A stretch of 64,000 nucleotides of DNA from a virus (lineage: Duplodnaviria; Caudoviricetes): positions 136,904 through 200,903 of the IMG/VR virus record IMGVR_UViG_3300035698_013504; one strand, written 5' to 3'. Position 1 is the first letter of the stretch; every line of letters begins with the position of its first letter. Positions 38,973-46,110 of this stretch are shown one piece after another. Below the pieces are notes generated by a model. It was not told where the DNA came from. It searched no databases and saw nothing but the letters and a program-made list of their open reading frames with translations. A program made the position numbers and the translations under genes.

Positions 38973-39333
38973 GTACCTCTACCGCAAGATACCGTTTCAT
39001 GCATACCAGGTAGACGTAGACACGGATGTTACGAGTTCCCTCGGTGACGACGTCGCTCACCGGGGGGACTGGATTCTCCAGTACAGGGCTACAGGTTTCA
39101 TGCTTGTCTTGAACGACGAGGAGTTTCAGGCTCACGTGACCCCCAACCCTAAGTCAGTTGATGATAAGGGGTCCGAGTCCGTACGAGCCGCCATTACAGA
39201 GGAGTTCAAGAGGGGCGTTGCCGAGCTACGGACTTTTATGGATCCAGTACGCGCCGCAATAACCACGTCACAGGTACCAACCAATGAGAAACATACGGTC
39301 GCAGATATTCCGCGGTCAGCGGTGGCGGGTTGA
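38965..39333 (+). CDS. Hypothetical protein
   Basis: ATG 38965 within ORF 38812-39333. Confidence 0.6.
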   Translation: MPKYLYRKIPFHAYQVDVDTDVTSSLGDDVAHRGDWILQYRATGFMLVLNDEEFQAHVTPNPKSVDDKGSESVRAAITEEFKRGVAELRTFMDPVRAAITTSQVPTNEKHTVADIPRSAVAG

Positions 39334-39562
39334 GCACGTAAAGAAGCTTAAAGGTGCTGACGGCGACATAGACGACCCGTCGACAACAGGTAAGGTCTTG
39401 CGCCTGAAAGAGGGCCTGCCACCCGTTAGGGAACTGGAGTGCGCGATTCACGAGGGTCTCCACGGGTGCTTCTGGGACCTCGACGAGGCGGCTATCACAC
39501 AGTCCGCTACGGACCTGGCCAGGTGGCTATGGCGACTTGGCTACAGGAAGATACATCAGTAA
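39284..39562 (+). CDS. Small HExxH-motif protein
   Basis: AIHEGLHGCFWDLDE; start uncertain. Confidence 0.55.
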   Translation: MRNIRSQIFRGQRWRVEHVKKLKGADGDIDDPSTTGKVLRLKEGLPPVRELECAIHEGLHGCFWDLDEAAITQSATDLARWLWRLGYRKIHQ

Positions 39563-39585
39563 CGTGCTACAGAAAGGACAACACG

Positions 39586-40416
39586 ATGTCTCACCAGCTT
39601 GAAGAAACAGTTGACTATGAGGACCTCAACCGTGTTGCCATGGTTGTCACGTGTAAGGGTAGACTCACCCACCTGAAGGAAACGATCGAGTCCAAGATGG
39701 ATGTAATGGGCGTCGACCACGTCGTTATCGTGGATTACGATGACCCGAGTGACTCTTTCGGCTGGGCCTGCGAGTTGGATGATCCCCGTATCACGGCGAT
39801 TAAGGTGGAGGACCGCGAGTTCTACCACCATGGTAAGGCTCGCAACATTGGGCTTCGAGTAGCCATTGAACGTCTGAAGGCGAACGCCATACTGCTTACT
39901 GATGCAGATGTACGGTTCCACCCGGCCTTTGTGGATCACTGTACGCGCGTGCTGGTCGGCCACCCCCACGAGATATGCGTGATCGGTAACTGCAAGAACA
40001 AGTTCAGCGGTGGCGCAGGCACCGTATTCTCCTCCGCGCGCCTTGTAGCTGAGGTCCACGGTAATCAGGAGCTGCTTCAAGAGGCTTGGGGCGCCGACGA
40101 CACAGATCTGAAACGTCGTATGGAGCATCACGCTCACGAGACACGCGGTTACCCCCATCCCTGCCCTGAGTTCAACGGCGAGCTTCTGGACGTGATTGGA
40201 CATGGCTCAGGTGATCGTACACGTCACTACGTGGTCAAAGCCATGGGTGAAGGCGAACGCCGTAACACCAAGATTGCCCTTGATTGGCAAAAGGAGCACG
40301 GCTGGATAGCTAACCCCGACGGGTGGGGCCAAGCGATCGGACACATCCTTCTGCCGGGTCATGATGTGCAGAGATACGACAGCCGCTCGTCCACATTCCT
40401 GACTGAATACGCATAG
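39586..40416 (+). CDS. Glycosyltransferase (GT7/galactosyltransferase-like)
   Basis: VTCKGRLTHLKE, IVDYDD, KARNIG, LTDADV, WGADDTD. Confidence 0.8.
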   Translation: MSHQLEETVDYEDLNRVAMVVTCKGRLTHLKETIESKMDVMGVDHVVIVDYDDPSDSFGWACELDDPRITAIKVEDREFYHHGKARNIGLRVAIERLKANAILLTDADVRFHPAFVDHCTRVLVGHPHEICVIGNCKNKFSGGAGTVFSSARLVAEVHGNQELLQEAWGADDTDLKRRMEHHAHETRGYPHPCPEFNGELLDVIGHGSGDRTRHYVVKAMGEGERRNTKIALDWQKEHGWIANPDGWGQAIGHILLPGHDVQRYDSRSSTFLTEYA

Positions 40417-40491
40417 GGCAAAGCGTTACTATAAGGTGACACCCCGCCTCCTAATATTTTGCGTTGGTTTCTTTTGTGGAGAGGATTCACC

Positions 40492-40743
40492 ATGGGCATG
40501 TTCGACAGCTTGTATGTATGTTGTCCCGCTTGCGGGGCGCAGAACGAGTTCCAGTCTAAGGCTGGAGCTTGCACGCTTCATAACTACAGCGTGTCCGACG
40601 TCCCCCCGTCGATAGCCGGGGACCTCAACGGCGACTATCAGGCCTGCGAAGGTCCGGGCTGCGACAAGATTATCACCCTTCGGGTTCAGACCATGCTTAG
40701 CGTTATGGTCTCCGACAGTCCGCCCGACGATGACGAAGACTAG
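40492..40743 (+). CDS. Small Zn-ribbon protein
   Basis: MGMFD...CPACG...FQSK. Confidence 0.6.
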   Translation: MGMFDSLYVCCPACGAQNEFQSKAGACTLHNYSVSDVPPSIAGDLNGDYQACEGPGCDKIITLRVQTMLSVMVSDSPPDDDED

Positions 40744-40753
40744 TAGATCCCCC

Positions 40754-40824
40754 GGGCGTCGAGGACATGCCCCACATCATGCGGATGACCTCCGCGTGTT
40801 GGTTCTCGGCGCCCACCTTCTTTT
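40754..40824 (+). terminator. Probable terminator ending the glycan cluster
   Basis: GGGCGTCGAGGA/TTCTCGGCGCCC stem followed by ACCTTCTTTT. Confidence 0.55.
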
Positions 40825-40847
40825 ATCGGGCAACGGGCAATAGTATG

Positions 40848-40876
40848 TTGACAATCAGCAACCACCATGCTAAGAT
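40848..40876 (+). promoter_or_regulatory. Sigma70-type promoter of the RNA island
   Basis: TTGACA-N17-TAAGAT with extended TG. Confidence 0.75.
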
Positions 40877-40948
40877 CTGAACTACATGGCGCAAGGCCAT
40901 TGATGGTTCTTTGACAACTTGGAACTACGAGTACACAGTTTCGGCGCG

Positions 40949-40992
40949 CTTCAGACTGGAGGTACTTCCTATTAAGAAATATCCCTCCCGTC
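40949..40992 (+). ncRNA. CUUCAG-N8-UACUUC stem module, copy 1 (short, Y-RNA-like)
   Basis: cttcag actggagg tacttc ...aaat atccctcccgtc; N8 pairs with the downstream segment. Confidence 0.55.
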
Positions 40993-41056
40993 GACTATTG
41001 CCGCCGAATTTCTTACTTGAGCCGCAGGCTAGGCTCACCACTACCGACTACTTCAC

Positions 41057-41428
41057 GGGGGTGAAAGGTATCGACAGGACGACTGAAGTATAGACGGCGT
41101 GCCGGAGTTGACCGAATGGCTCCGTTATCAAATCGGTTACACTTAAATTAAGTGACGAAGTTCCCATGCTCGCCGCTGCATAGCGGCCTCGGCCCAAGCG
41201 AGATTGCCTTGGTAGCTTGACGCTGAGACCATACAAAGGTTGACTGCTGGCAAGACAGCGGACATCTCCGGAAAGACGGGGTGCGGGATGGTCATACCCG
41301 CATACAACTCTGACCAAGGCTGCCTGGATGAGCCTGGTGACGTTTGGCCGAATCGCCTGGCTACGCACGTAGATGTTTATATCGAGGACGTAACTGGACC
41401 GGATTTTCAATGATCCGCACCTCCACCA
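41057..41428 (+). ncRNA. ssrA: tmRNA
   Basis: 5' GGGGGTGAAAGGTATCGAC; 3' CACCTCCACCA; 7-bp acceptor stem with G3-U; tag ORF 41154-41183 DEVPMLAAA*; 372 nt. Confidence 0.93.
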
Positions 41429-41459
41429 CTTTAACACTCAGCACAAAGGAGACCGGCTA

Positions 41460-42074
41460 GTGCCCAGAGACACGTTGTTCTACTACATCAGAAAAGCTGT
41501 GCTCATTCCGCGCGGCGTGCCGGAAGACGTTGCCGACAGGATGCGCAAGTACAAAGGCCGACCCAAGGGCGTGTTGGCCGCAACCACTGACGATCAGGGG
41601 AACCTGACCTTCGGCTTTTCGTTCTGCCACACGTCGCCCATATACCGCTCCCGGGACGCGGACCAGAGCGACCCGGATTTGGCCGCCGAGCTGGACTGTA
41701 TGCGCGGCGACTCGTTCAACAAAGTCATCGGGCGCAATATCGCCCTCGCGCGCGCAGAAAAGTACCGCGATGCCGGGCTGCAGTACATCGATAATCACTG
41801 GCACCTTGTCCGCGGAGAAAAGAAACTCGCCGTTCCGGAGGCGGTGCTAAAGGCGCTTCCGCGTTTCATCGCCCGCTCCCAGCGTTTCTTCTCTGATAAG
41901 AAGACGGACACCCGGTGGGTTAGCGGCCTACGTGTCGAAATCGACGCGGCCGTCGCCGCGACGGAGGCCTATCACGCAGCAAACACGAAGGCGCCGGAAG
42001 AAGATTCGGACGGAGGCACCGCAGACATCGGGAAAGTTGTTAGTGACGCCGCGGCTGTGGCCAAACGCGAGTAA
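41460..42074 (+). CDS. Hypothetical phage protein
   Basis: RBS AAGGAG; GFSFCH...DSFNKVIGRNIALARA. Confidence 0.7.
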   Translation: MPRDTLFYYIRKAVLIPRGVPEDVADRMRKYKGRPKGVLAATTDDQGNLTFGFSFCHTSPIYRSRDADQSDPDLAAELDCMRGDSFNKVIGRNIALARAEKYRDAGLQYIDNHWHLVRGEKKLAVPEAVLKALPRFIARSQRFFSDKKTDTRWVSGLRVEIDAAVAATEAYHAANTKAPEEDSDGGTADIGKVVSDAAAVAKRE

Positions 42075-42095
42075 TACACAACACTTCAGGGTGTA

Positions 42096-42215
42096 CTTCA
42101 GGTAAGGGATACTTCAATCAACTCTGCAGGTTACCGGTTCGAGTCCGGTTGCGTACCTTCGGGGCGCATAGCTCAATCGGTAGAGCGGCAGATCCAAAAG
42201 ACCCTCACCGCTTTT
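42096..42215 (+). ncRNA. YrlA-like RNA with circularly permuted tRNA domain (module copy 2)
   Basis: Order: module 5' strand, anticodon-stem 3' strand TCTGC, variable loop, T arm ACCGG-TTCGAGT-CCGGT, acceptor stem closed by cUUCGg, D arm GCTC...GAGC, GCAGA, module 3' strand. Confidence 0.85.
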
Positions 42216-42240
42216 CGTCACCCTTTTCATTACAAGTTAG

Positions 42241-42384
42241 CATGGCGGCGGTGTGGAAGGACACACCCCATGACAGATGGACGCTGCGGAATAACAGACG
42301 GCAGGCAGCACGTGCCCTAATAAGGTACGGGCGGTCACGGCCGAATACGTGGCACTAGTCGGTTTCGAGTCCGGCACGCCGTGT
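42241..42384 (+). ncRNA. tRNA-like RNA with expanded central domain
   Basis: 7-bp acceptor CATGGCG/CGCCGTG, 6-bp D-like stem, T-like arm with 8-nt loop; four hairpins in place of the anticodon/variable arms. Confidence 0.7.
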
Positions 42385-42427
42385 GTTTTGTCTCTACTGA
42401 TCTTTACGCTTGTTGCCTTAACTTGAC

Positions 42428-42568
42428 GGGGAGTTACTGGATCAGTGTCCGGACACAATTCGGTTTTGAGCCTACGTACGTGGGTGATGCCGTGGAATGC
42501 TTACGCTGTACAGAAGACACTGAGCTCAAAGCGATGCATTTCGGCCAGTCGATACGCTCTCCCCACCA
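42428..42568 (+). ncRNA. CCA-ended structured RNA with acceptor-like stem
   Basis: GGGGAG pairs with CTCCCC followed by A-CCA; nested stems ACTGG/CCAGT and CAGTGTC/GACACTG. Confidence 0.65.
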
Positions 42569-42587
42569 TTTTAGATAGGAGACCCAG

Positions 42588-42893
42588 ATGTCCGAAGTTC
42601 CAGGAAACATTCCCGCACCGGAGGAGCCCGCCTCGCAGGTCTTGGCGCAACGTCGTGCCATAGATGAAGTCCAGGAGGAGGTCCACGTGGATCTATGCGA
42701 GTTACGCAGGCGTCTCGGCCAGGTGCTGCGTGACGAAGGTAAGGAGCTGGTTCCTGACGCTGCGACCGCTGTCGCTGATGCGGTTAAGGAGGAGCAGCTT
42801 GTGCCTCTTGCTAACCACCTACGAGACATGAAGCATAAGTCGGAATCGTTCCGCAATTCCATCCGTAACCTACTCGAGCGCCTTGAGCTGTAA
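42588..42893 (+). CDS. Hypothetical coiled-coil protein
   Basis: RBS AGGAG. Confidence 0.7.
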   Translation: MSEVPGNIPAPEEPASQVLAQRRAIDEVQEEVHVDLCELRRRLGQVLRDEGKELVPDAATAVADAVKEEQLVPLANHLRDMKHKSESFRNSIRNLLERLEL

Positions 42894-42919
42894 CCACAGC
42901 CAGGCATAGGAGAAAGAAG

Positions 42920-43345
42920 ATGGGCTCTACACCAAGCAATAAAGACGGCGGATGTTCTCTCTTACATGACCTTTGGAGAAGGTCTGTAGGTATGGAACCC
43001 AGACCGTCTACGGTGTTGATGCCCGATCTTGCATCTCTGAGGCAGACCGAGTGGTCTGATACGTTCGAGCAGTACATGCGCAACAGACTCGTCTTCGGGG
43101 CCGTCAGGTACGGCCTGGTTGGCGACAAGGGCAAACCCCGGTACGACCGGATCAAGTCGATACGCCAGAGACTTGACGCGTACGAAGAAACGGGGAATGA
43201 TGAACATCTGGTAGACGTCGCGAATATGGCCCAGCTCGAGTTTATCGAGGGGATTCATCCCAACAAGCATTTCGCGTCTATCGATGACGGTGTTCACACA
43301 CCAGTTTGCTCAGGTACTCTTCAGGCACGGGTTACTTCCCTTTAG
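42920..43345 (+). CDS. Conserved phage protein, possible nucleotide pyrophosphohydrolase-like
   Basis: MRNRLVFGAVRYG...EHLVDVAN; the last codons overlap the 5' end of an RNA module. Confidence 0.6.
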   Translation: MGSTPSNKDGGCSLLHDLWRRSVGMEPRPSTVLMPDLASLRQTEWSDTFEQYMRNRLVFGAVRYGLVGDKGKPRYDRIKSIRQRLDAYEETGNDEHLVDVANMAQLEFIEGIHPNKHFASIDDGVHTPVCSGTLQARVTSL

Positions 43346-43438
43346 GAGGGCGAGGTCATGGGTTCGAATCCCATTACCCGACTAATACTCGGGTATAGCT
43401 CAGAGGCAGAGCGCGCTTGTAAACCTGTACCGCTTTTT
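43319..43438 (+). ncRNA. YrlA-like RNA with circularly permuted tRNA domain (module copy 3)
   Basis: GGGCG/CGCTT anticodon stem, AGGTC variable loop, T arm ATGGG-TTCGAAT-CCCAT, perfect 7-bp acceptor TACCCGA/TCGGGTA closed by a loop, D arm GCTC...GAGC. Confidence 0.88.
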
Positions 43439-43480
43439 GGTGCCGAGCATTTTCTTTTGAAGCGGCGGCGGACGTCAGTC

Positions 43481-43579
43481 CAGCGTATGGTGTAACGGTT
43501 AACATTCTGTCGAAACAGTTACTCTCTGACGAGATTGGCTAAAGTAGGCGGGCTACGGGTTCGAATCCCGTTGCGTAGC
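43481..43579 (+). ncRNA. tRNA-like RNA lacking a canonical anticodon arm
   Basis: Acceptor CAGCGTA/TGCGTAG, D arm GTGT-AACGGTTA-ACAT, T arm ACGGG-TTCGAAT-CCCGT; 49 nt with short hairpins between D and T arms. Confidence 0.7.
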
Positions 43580-43609
43580 TGCTTCACATTTGATGGGACG
43601 ATGGTATAC

Positions 43610-43652
43610 CTTCAGCGGTGGGTTACTTCAATTGCTGAAAAAACCCCACTGC
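43610..43652 (+). ncRNA. CUUCAG-N8-UACUUC stem module, copy 4 (short)
   Basis: cttcag cggtgggt tacttc aattgctg aaaaaa ccccactgc. Confidence 0.6.
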
Positions 43653-43710
43653 ATCTATTGGACCTAGTCCCTCCTTATTGTTCTGCCCTGGAGGTTATAC
43701 CACCTCCCTC

Positions 43711-44052
43711 TGTCCTTTAGCGGGGATGGACGTCTAACGTCGCTGGCCAAGCGGCTGTAGACGCTAATCAAATAGGTCTCGCCACCCGGGCGAGTAGGGA
43801 TGTAGCTACCGAAAGCGCGCACCTTGATCTTTGGATATAGGGTGCAATCGATTAGTAGGTGTACGCCATCTTTCTATCATAGGTTCTTAACATGCTGCGG
43901 TACCACAGCTATGCCTGGATCACCGGTACGGACTTCGGTCCGGGGCAGTTCATCTTATTACGTTTGCCGCTGGGGTTCCCTCGTTAAAGTGGCCCGCTGC
44001 GGCGCCGCCCCCTCGGCGCCGTTTCGAAGGGCCTCAGCGGCTCTACAGGACA
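43711..44052 (+). ncRNA. Unknown ~340-nt multidomain structured RNA
   Basis: Closing stem TGTCCTTTAG/CTACAGGACA; nested GATGG/CCATC, CTAATC/GATTAG, CGTCTA/TAGACG, GCACCTT/AGGGTGC, CGGAC-TTCG-GTCCG, CCGCTGGGG/CCTCAGCGG. Confidence 0.65.
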
Positions 44053-44073
44053 TGAATGATGAGGTGTACTAGA

Positions 44074-44125
44074 CTTCAGGTAGGGGCTACTTCTATCCTA
44101 CAAGAAAAATACCCCAACTGACTTT
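44074..44125 (+). ncRNA. CUUCAG-N8-UACUUC stem module, copy 5, in the TROVE leader
   Basis: cttcag gtaggggc tacttc ...aaaaat accccaactg acttttg; ends ~75 nt before the TROVE start. Confidence 0.6.
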
Positions 44126-44195
44126 TGTCAGTCACCTCTCCCATTGTTGGCAGCCCTCTACGGAGCTGCTCTTGAAAGAACAGGGGGAACACACG

Positions 44196-46022
44196 ATGGC
44201 ACGATCGTTCCGCCGTATCTTGCGCGACGGCGCGCGAAAGAACGCGTTACCTTCCAACCGCCCCGATGCCACGGTTAACCGAGCTGGCGGCGTCTCCTTC
44301 GAGATCGCCGACCCGGCTACCAAGCTCATCACCATGACTGGTGGGGCGTTCTTTGGTGAGCCGAGGTTCTATTCAGGTTCCGACTGTGTACCCGTCCGGT
44401 CGTTCGGCGGGGCGTTCGCACCCTTGCAGGCACGTCTGGAGATCGCCAGGGACAAGTCTGTATCGTTCGCACGCTGCGAGGAGCTCGATGACACGGCACA
44501 GGAGATCATCGCAACGATCTTGGCTGTGCTCGATGGCGACACCCCAGAAGATGCGTTGGTTATCGCGGCGTGGCTGCGTAACGACGCAAACATCAGGCTC
44601 ACCCCCCAGGTGATCCTCACGCTTGCCGCCAATCACGAGAATGGCAAACCCTTCGTGCGCAAGTATGCGCCGAAGATCATGCTACGTCCGGATGAGGCGA
44701 AGACGAACCTCCTGTTGCACCGGTTCTTCTTTGGCTCGCGTAACCTGCCGAATAGCCTCAACAAAGCCATCGGTGACGGAGTCGCTCGCTTTGGCGAGTG
44801 GGGACTCATCAAGTATGATACGCCCTCCTTCCCCCGCTGGAAGGATGTGCTTCGTTGGATCAAGCGCCGCAACGGGTGGCCCCTCTCAAGAGGGCTGGCC
44901 CGCTACTTCACCCATGGTGAGGTGGATCGTGACGCTACTCCGATCGCCTATGCTCGCAGCCTCTTGGCTCAGAAGACTACCTTCGACACCGAGACTCGCG
45001 AGTTGATCACGGCCAGCCGTGCGACCTGGGAAGTCGTGATGTCTCAGTTCGGCCCACAGGACAAGACACGGGCCTGGGAGTACCTGGTTTTCGAGAACCT
45101 GTTGGGCTATATGGCCACGATGCGCAACCTGCGTAACATGGCTCAGGCCAACGTCAGCTCCCTGTGCGTCGACGCCGTTTGCAGAAAGCTTGTCAACCCC
45201 GAGGAAGTGGCAACAAGTAGGCAACTGCCTTATCGCTTCCTTGCCGCAAACAATGCCCTCTGGGGTAGCCCCGATCGGTTTGGTGGCAACAGCCGCGATA
45301 ACCGCATGGTGTCCCAGTGGCGCGTTAACCCGGTTGTTGGCGGGGGAGGCCTCTCCGGCTTCCGCGGGCTGAGTAAGTTCACAGATGCTCTCGATGAAGC
45401 CGCGGACATGTCCGTGAAGAACGTGCCTGTGTTGCCGGGCCAGACGGCCGTCCTTGTGGACGAGTCCAGCTCTATGCGTCAGCCGATCTCGGAGAAGTCG
45501 CAGATGCTAGTCTGTGACGCGTCGAATATGCTGGCGGGTATTATCGGGCGTGTCTCGGCCGATACGATCCTGTTGCCGTTCGGTGGTACCGTCGAGCATG
45601 TCCCCTGTCGTCATAGGGATACGGTGATCAGCATCGCAGAGAGGTGCGCGGCGGCCAATGTCGGCCACTCGACGAATACGTACCTCGGTATCCAGTACCT
45701 GATCGACAACGACATCGCGCCCGACCGGATTGTCATTCTGTCGGATGCACAAGCGTGGAACAGCTACAGCCGATCGTCGGGCTCGTTGCCTGACACGGTA
45801 CAGCAATACCGCCGCGGTTCGGCGATTGCAAAGGACACATGGATTCACAGTGTTCACGTCAACGGTTACGGCGACGACCCTATCCCCCCCGGTCCCCGTG
45901 TTAACCTCGTTTCTGGGTGGACGGACAAGATCGTGGACTCCATGCTTCACTGCGAAGGTGGCGTTGAGGGAGAAGAAGCGCTGGCGACCATCGACTACAT
46001 CAGAGCCAGGTGGTGTAATTAG
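44196..46022 (+). CDS. Ro60/TROVE-domain RNA-binding protein with vWA domain
   Basis: NRAGGVSF, FFGEPRFY, RNDANIRLTP, KYD, TWE, YMATMRNLRNM, LPYRF, vWA VDESSSM and LSDAQ. Confidence 0.92.
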   Translation: MARSFRRILRDGARKNALPSNRPDATVNRAGGVSFEIADPATKLITMTGGAFFGEPRFYSGSDCVPVRSFGGAFAPLQARLEIARDKSVSFARCEELDDTAQEIIATILAVLDGDTPEDALVIAAWLRNDANIRLTPQVILTLAANHENGKPFVRKYAPKIMLRPDEAKTNLLLHRFFFGSRNLPNSLNKAIGDGVARFGEWGLIKYDTPSFPRWKDVLRWIKRRNGWPLSRGLARYFTHGEVDRDATPIAYARSLLAQKTTFDTETRELITASRATWEVVMSQFGPQDKTRAWEYLVFENLLGYMATMRNLRNMAQANVSSLCVDAVCRKLVNPEEVATSRQLPYRFLAANNALWGSPDRFGGNSRDNRMVSQWRVNPVVGGGGLSGFRGLSKFTDALDEAADMSVKNVPVLPGQTAVLVDESSSMRQPISEKSQMLVCDASNMLAGIIGRVSADTILLPFGGTVEHVPCRHRDTVISIAERCAAANVGHSTNTYLGIQYLIDNDIAPDRIVILSDAQAWNSYSRSSGSLPDTVQQYRRGSAIAKDTWIHSVHVNGYGDDPIPPGPRVNLVSGWTDKIVDSMLHCEGGVEGEEALATIDYIRARWCN

Positions 46023-46052
46023 ATGTAGCACCACCACAAACAAATACGCAAG

Positions 46053-46089
46053 GAGCTGGTCACACGTTGTGACCAGCTCTTGTTCTTTA
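46053..46089 (+). terminator. Intrinsic terminator after TROVE
   Basis: 12-bp GAGCTGGTCACA/TGTGACCAGCTC stem followed by TTGTTCTTT. Confidence 0.8.
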
Positions 46090-46110
46090 GTCTCGCCTCA
46101 GGAGGGTACG

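Noticed and set aside
42096-43579. Ordinary tRNA gene cluster
   Set aside because: T and D arms are present, but none of the elements has the canonical order together with a 7-nt anticodon loop; two are permuted and the rest lack a decoding arm.
43711-44052. RNase P RNA or group I intron
   Set aside because: No GAGGAAAGUCC / AACAGAA...GGCUUA conserved regions and no P7 GACUA/UAGUC pair.
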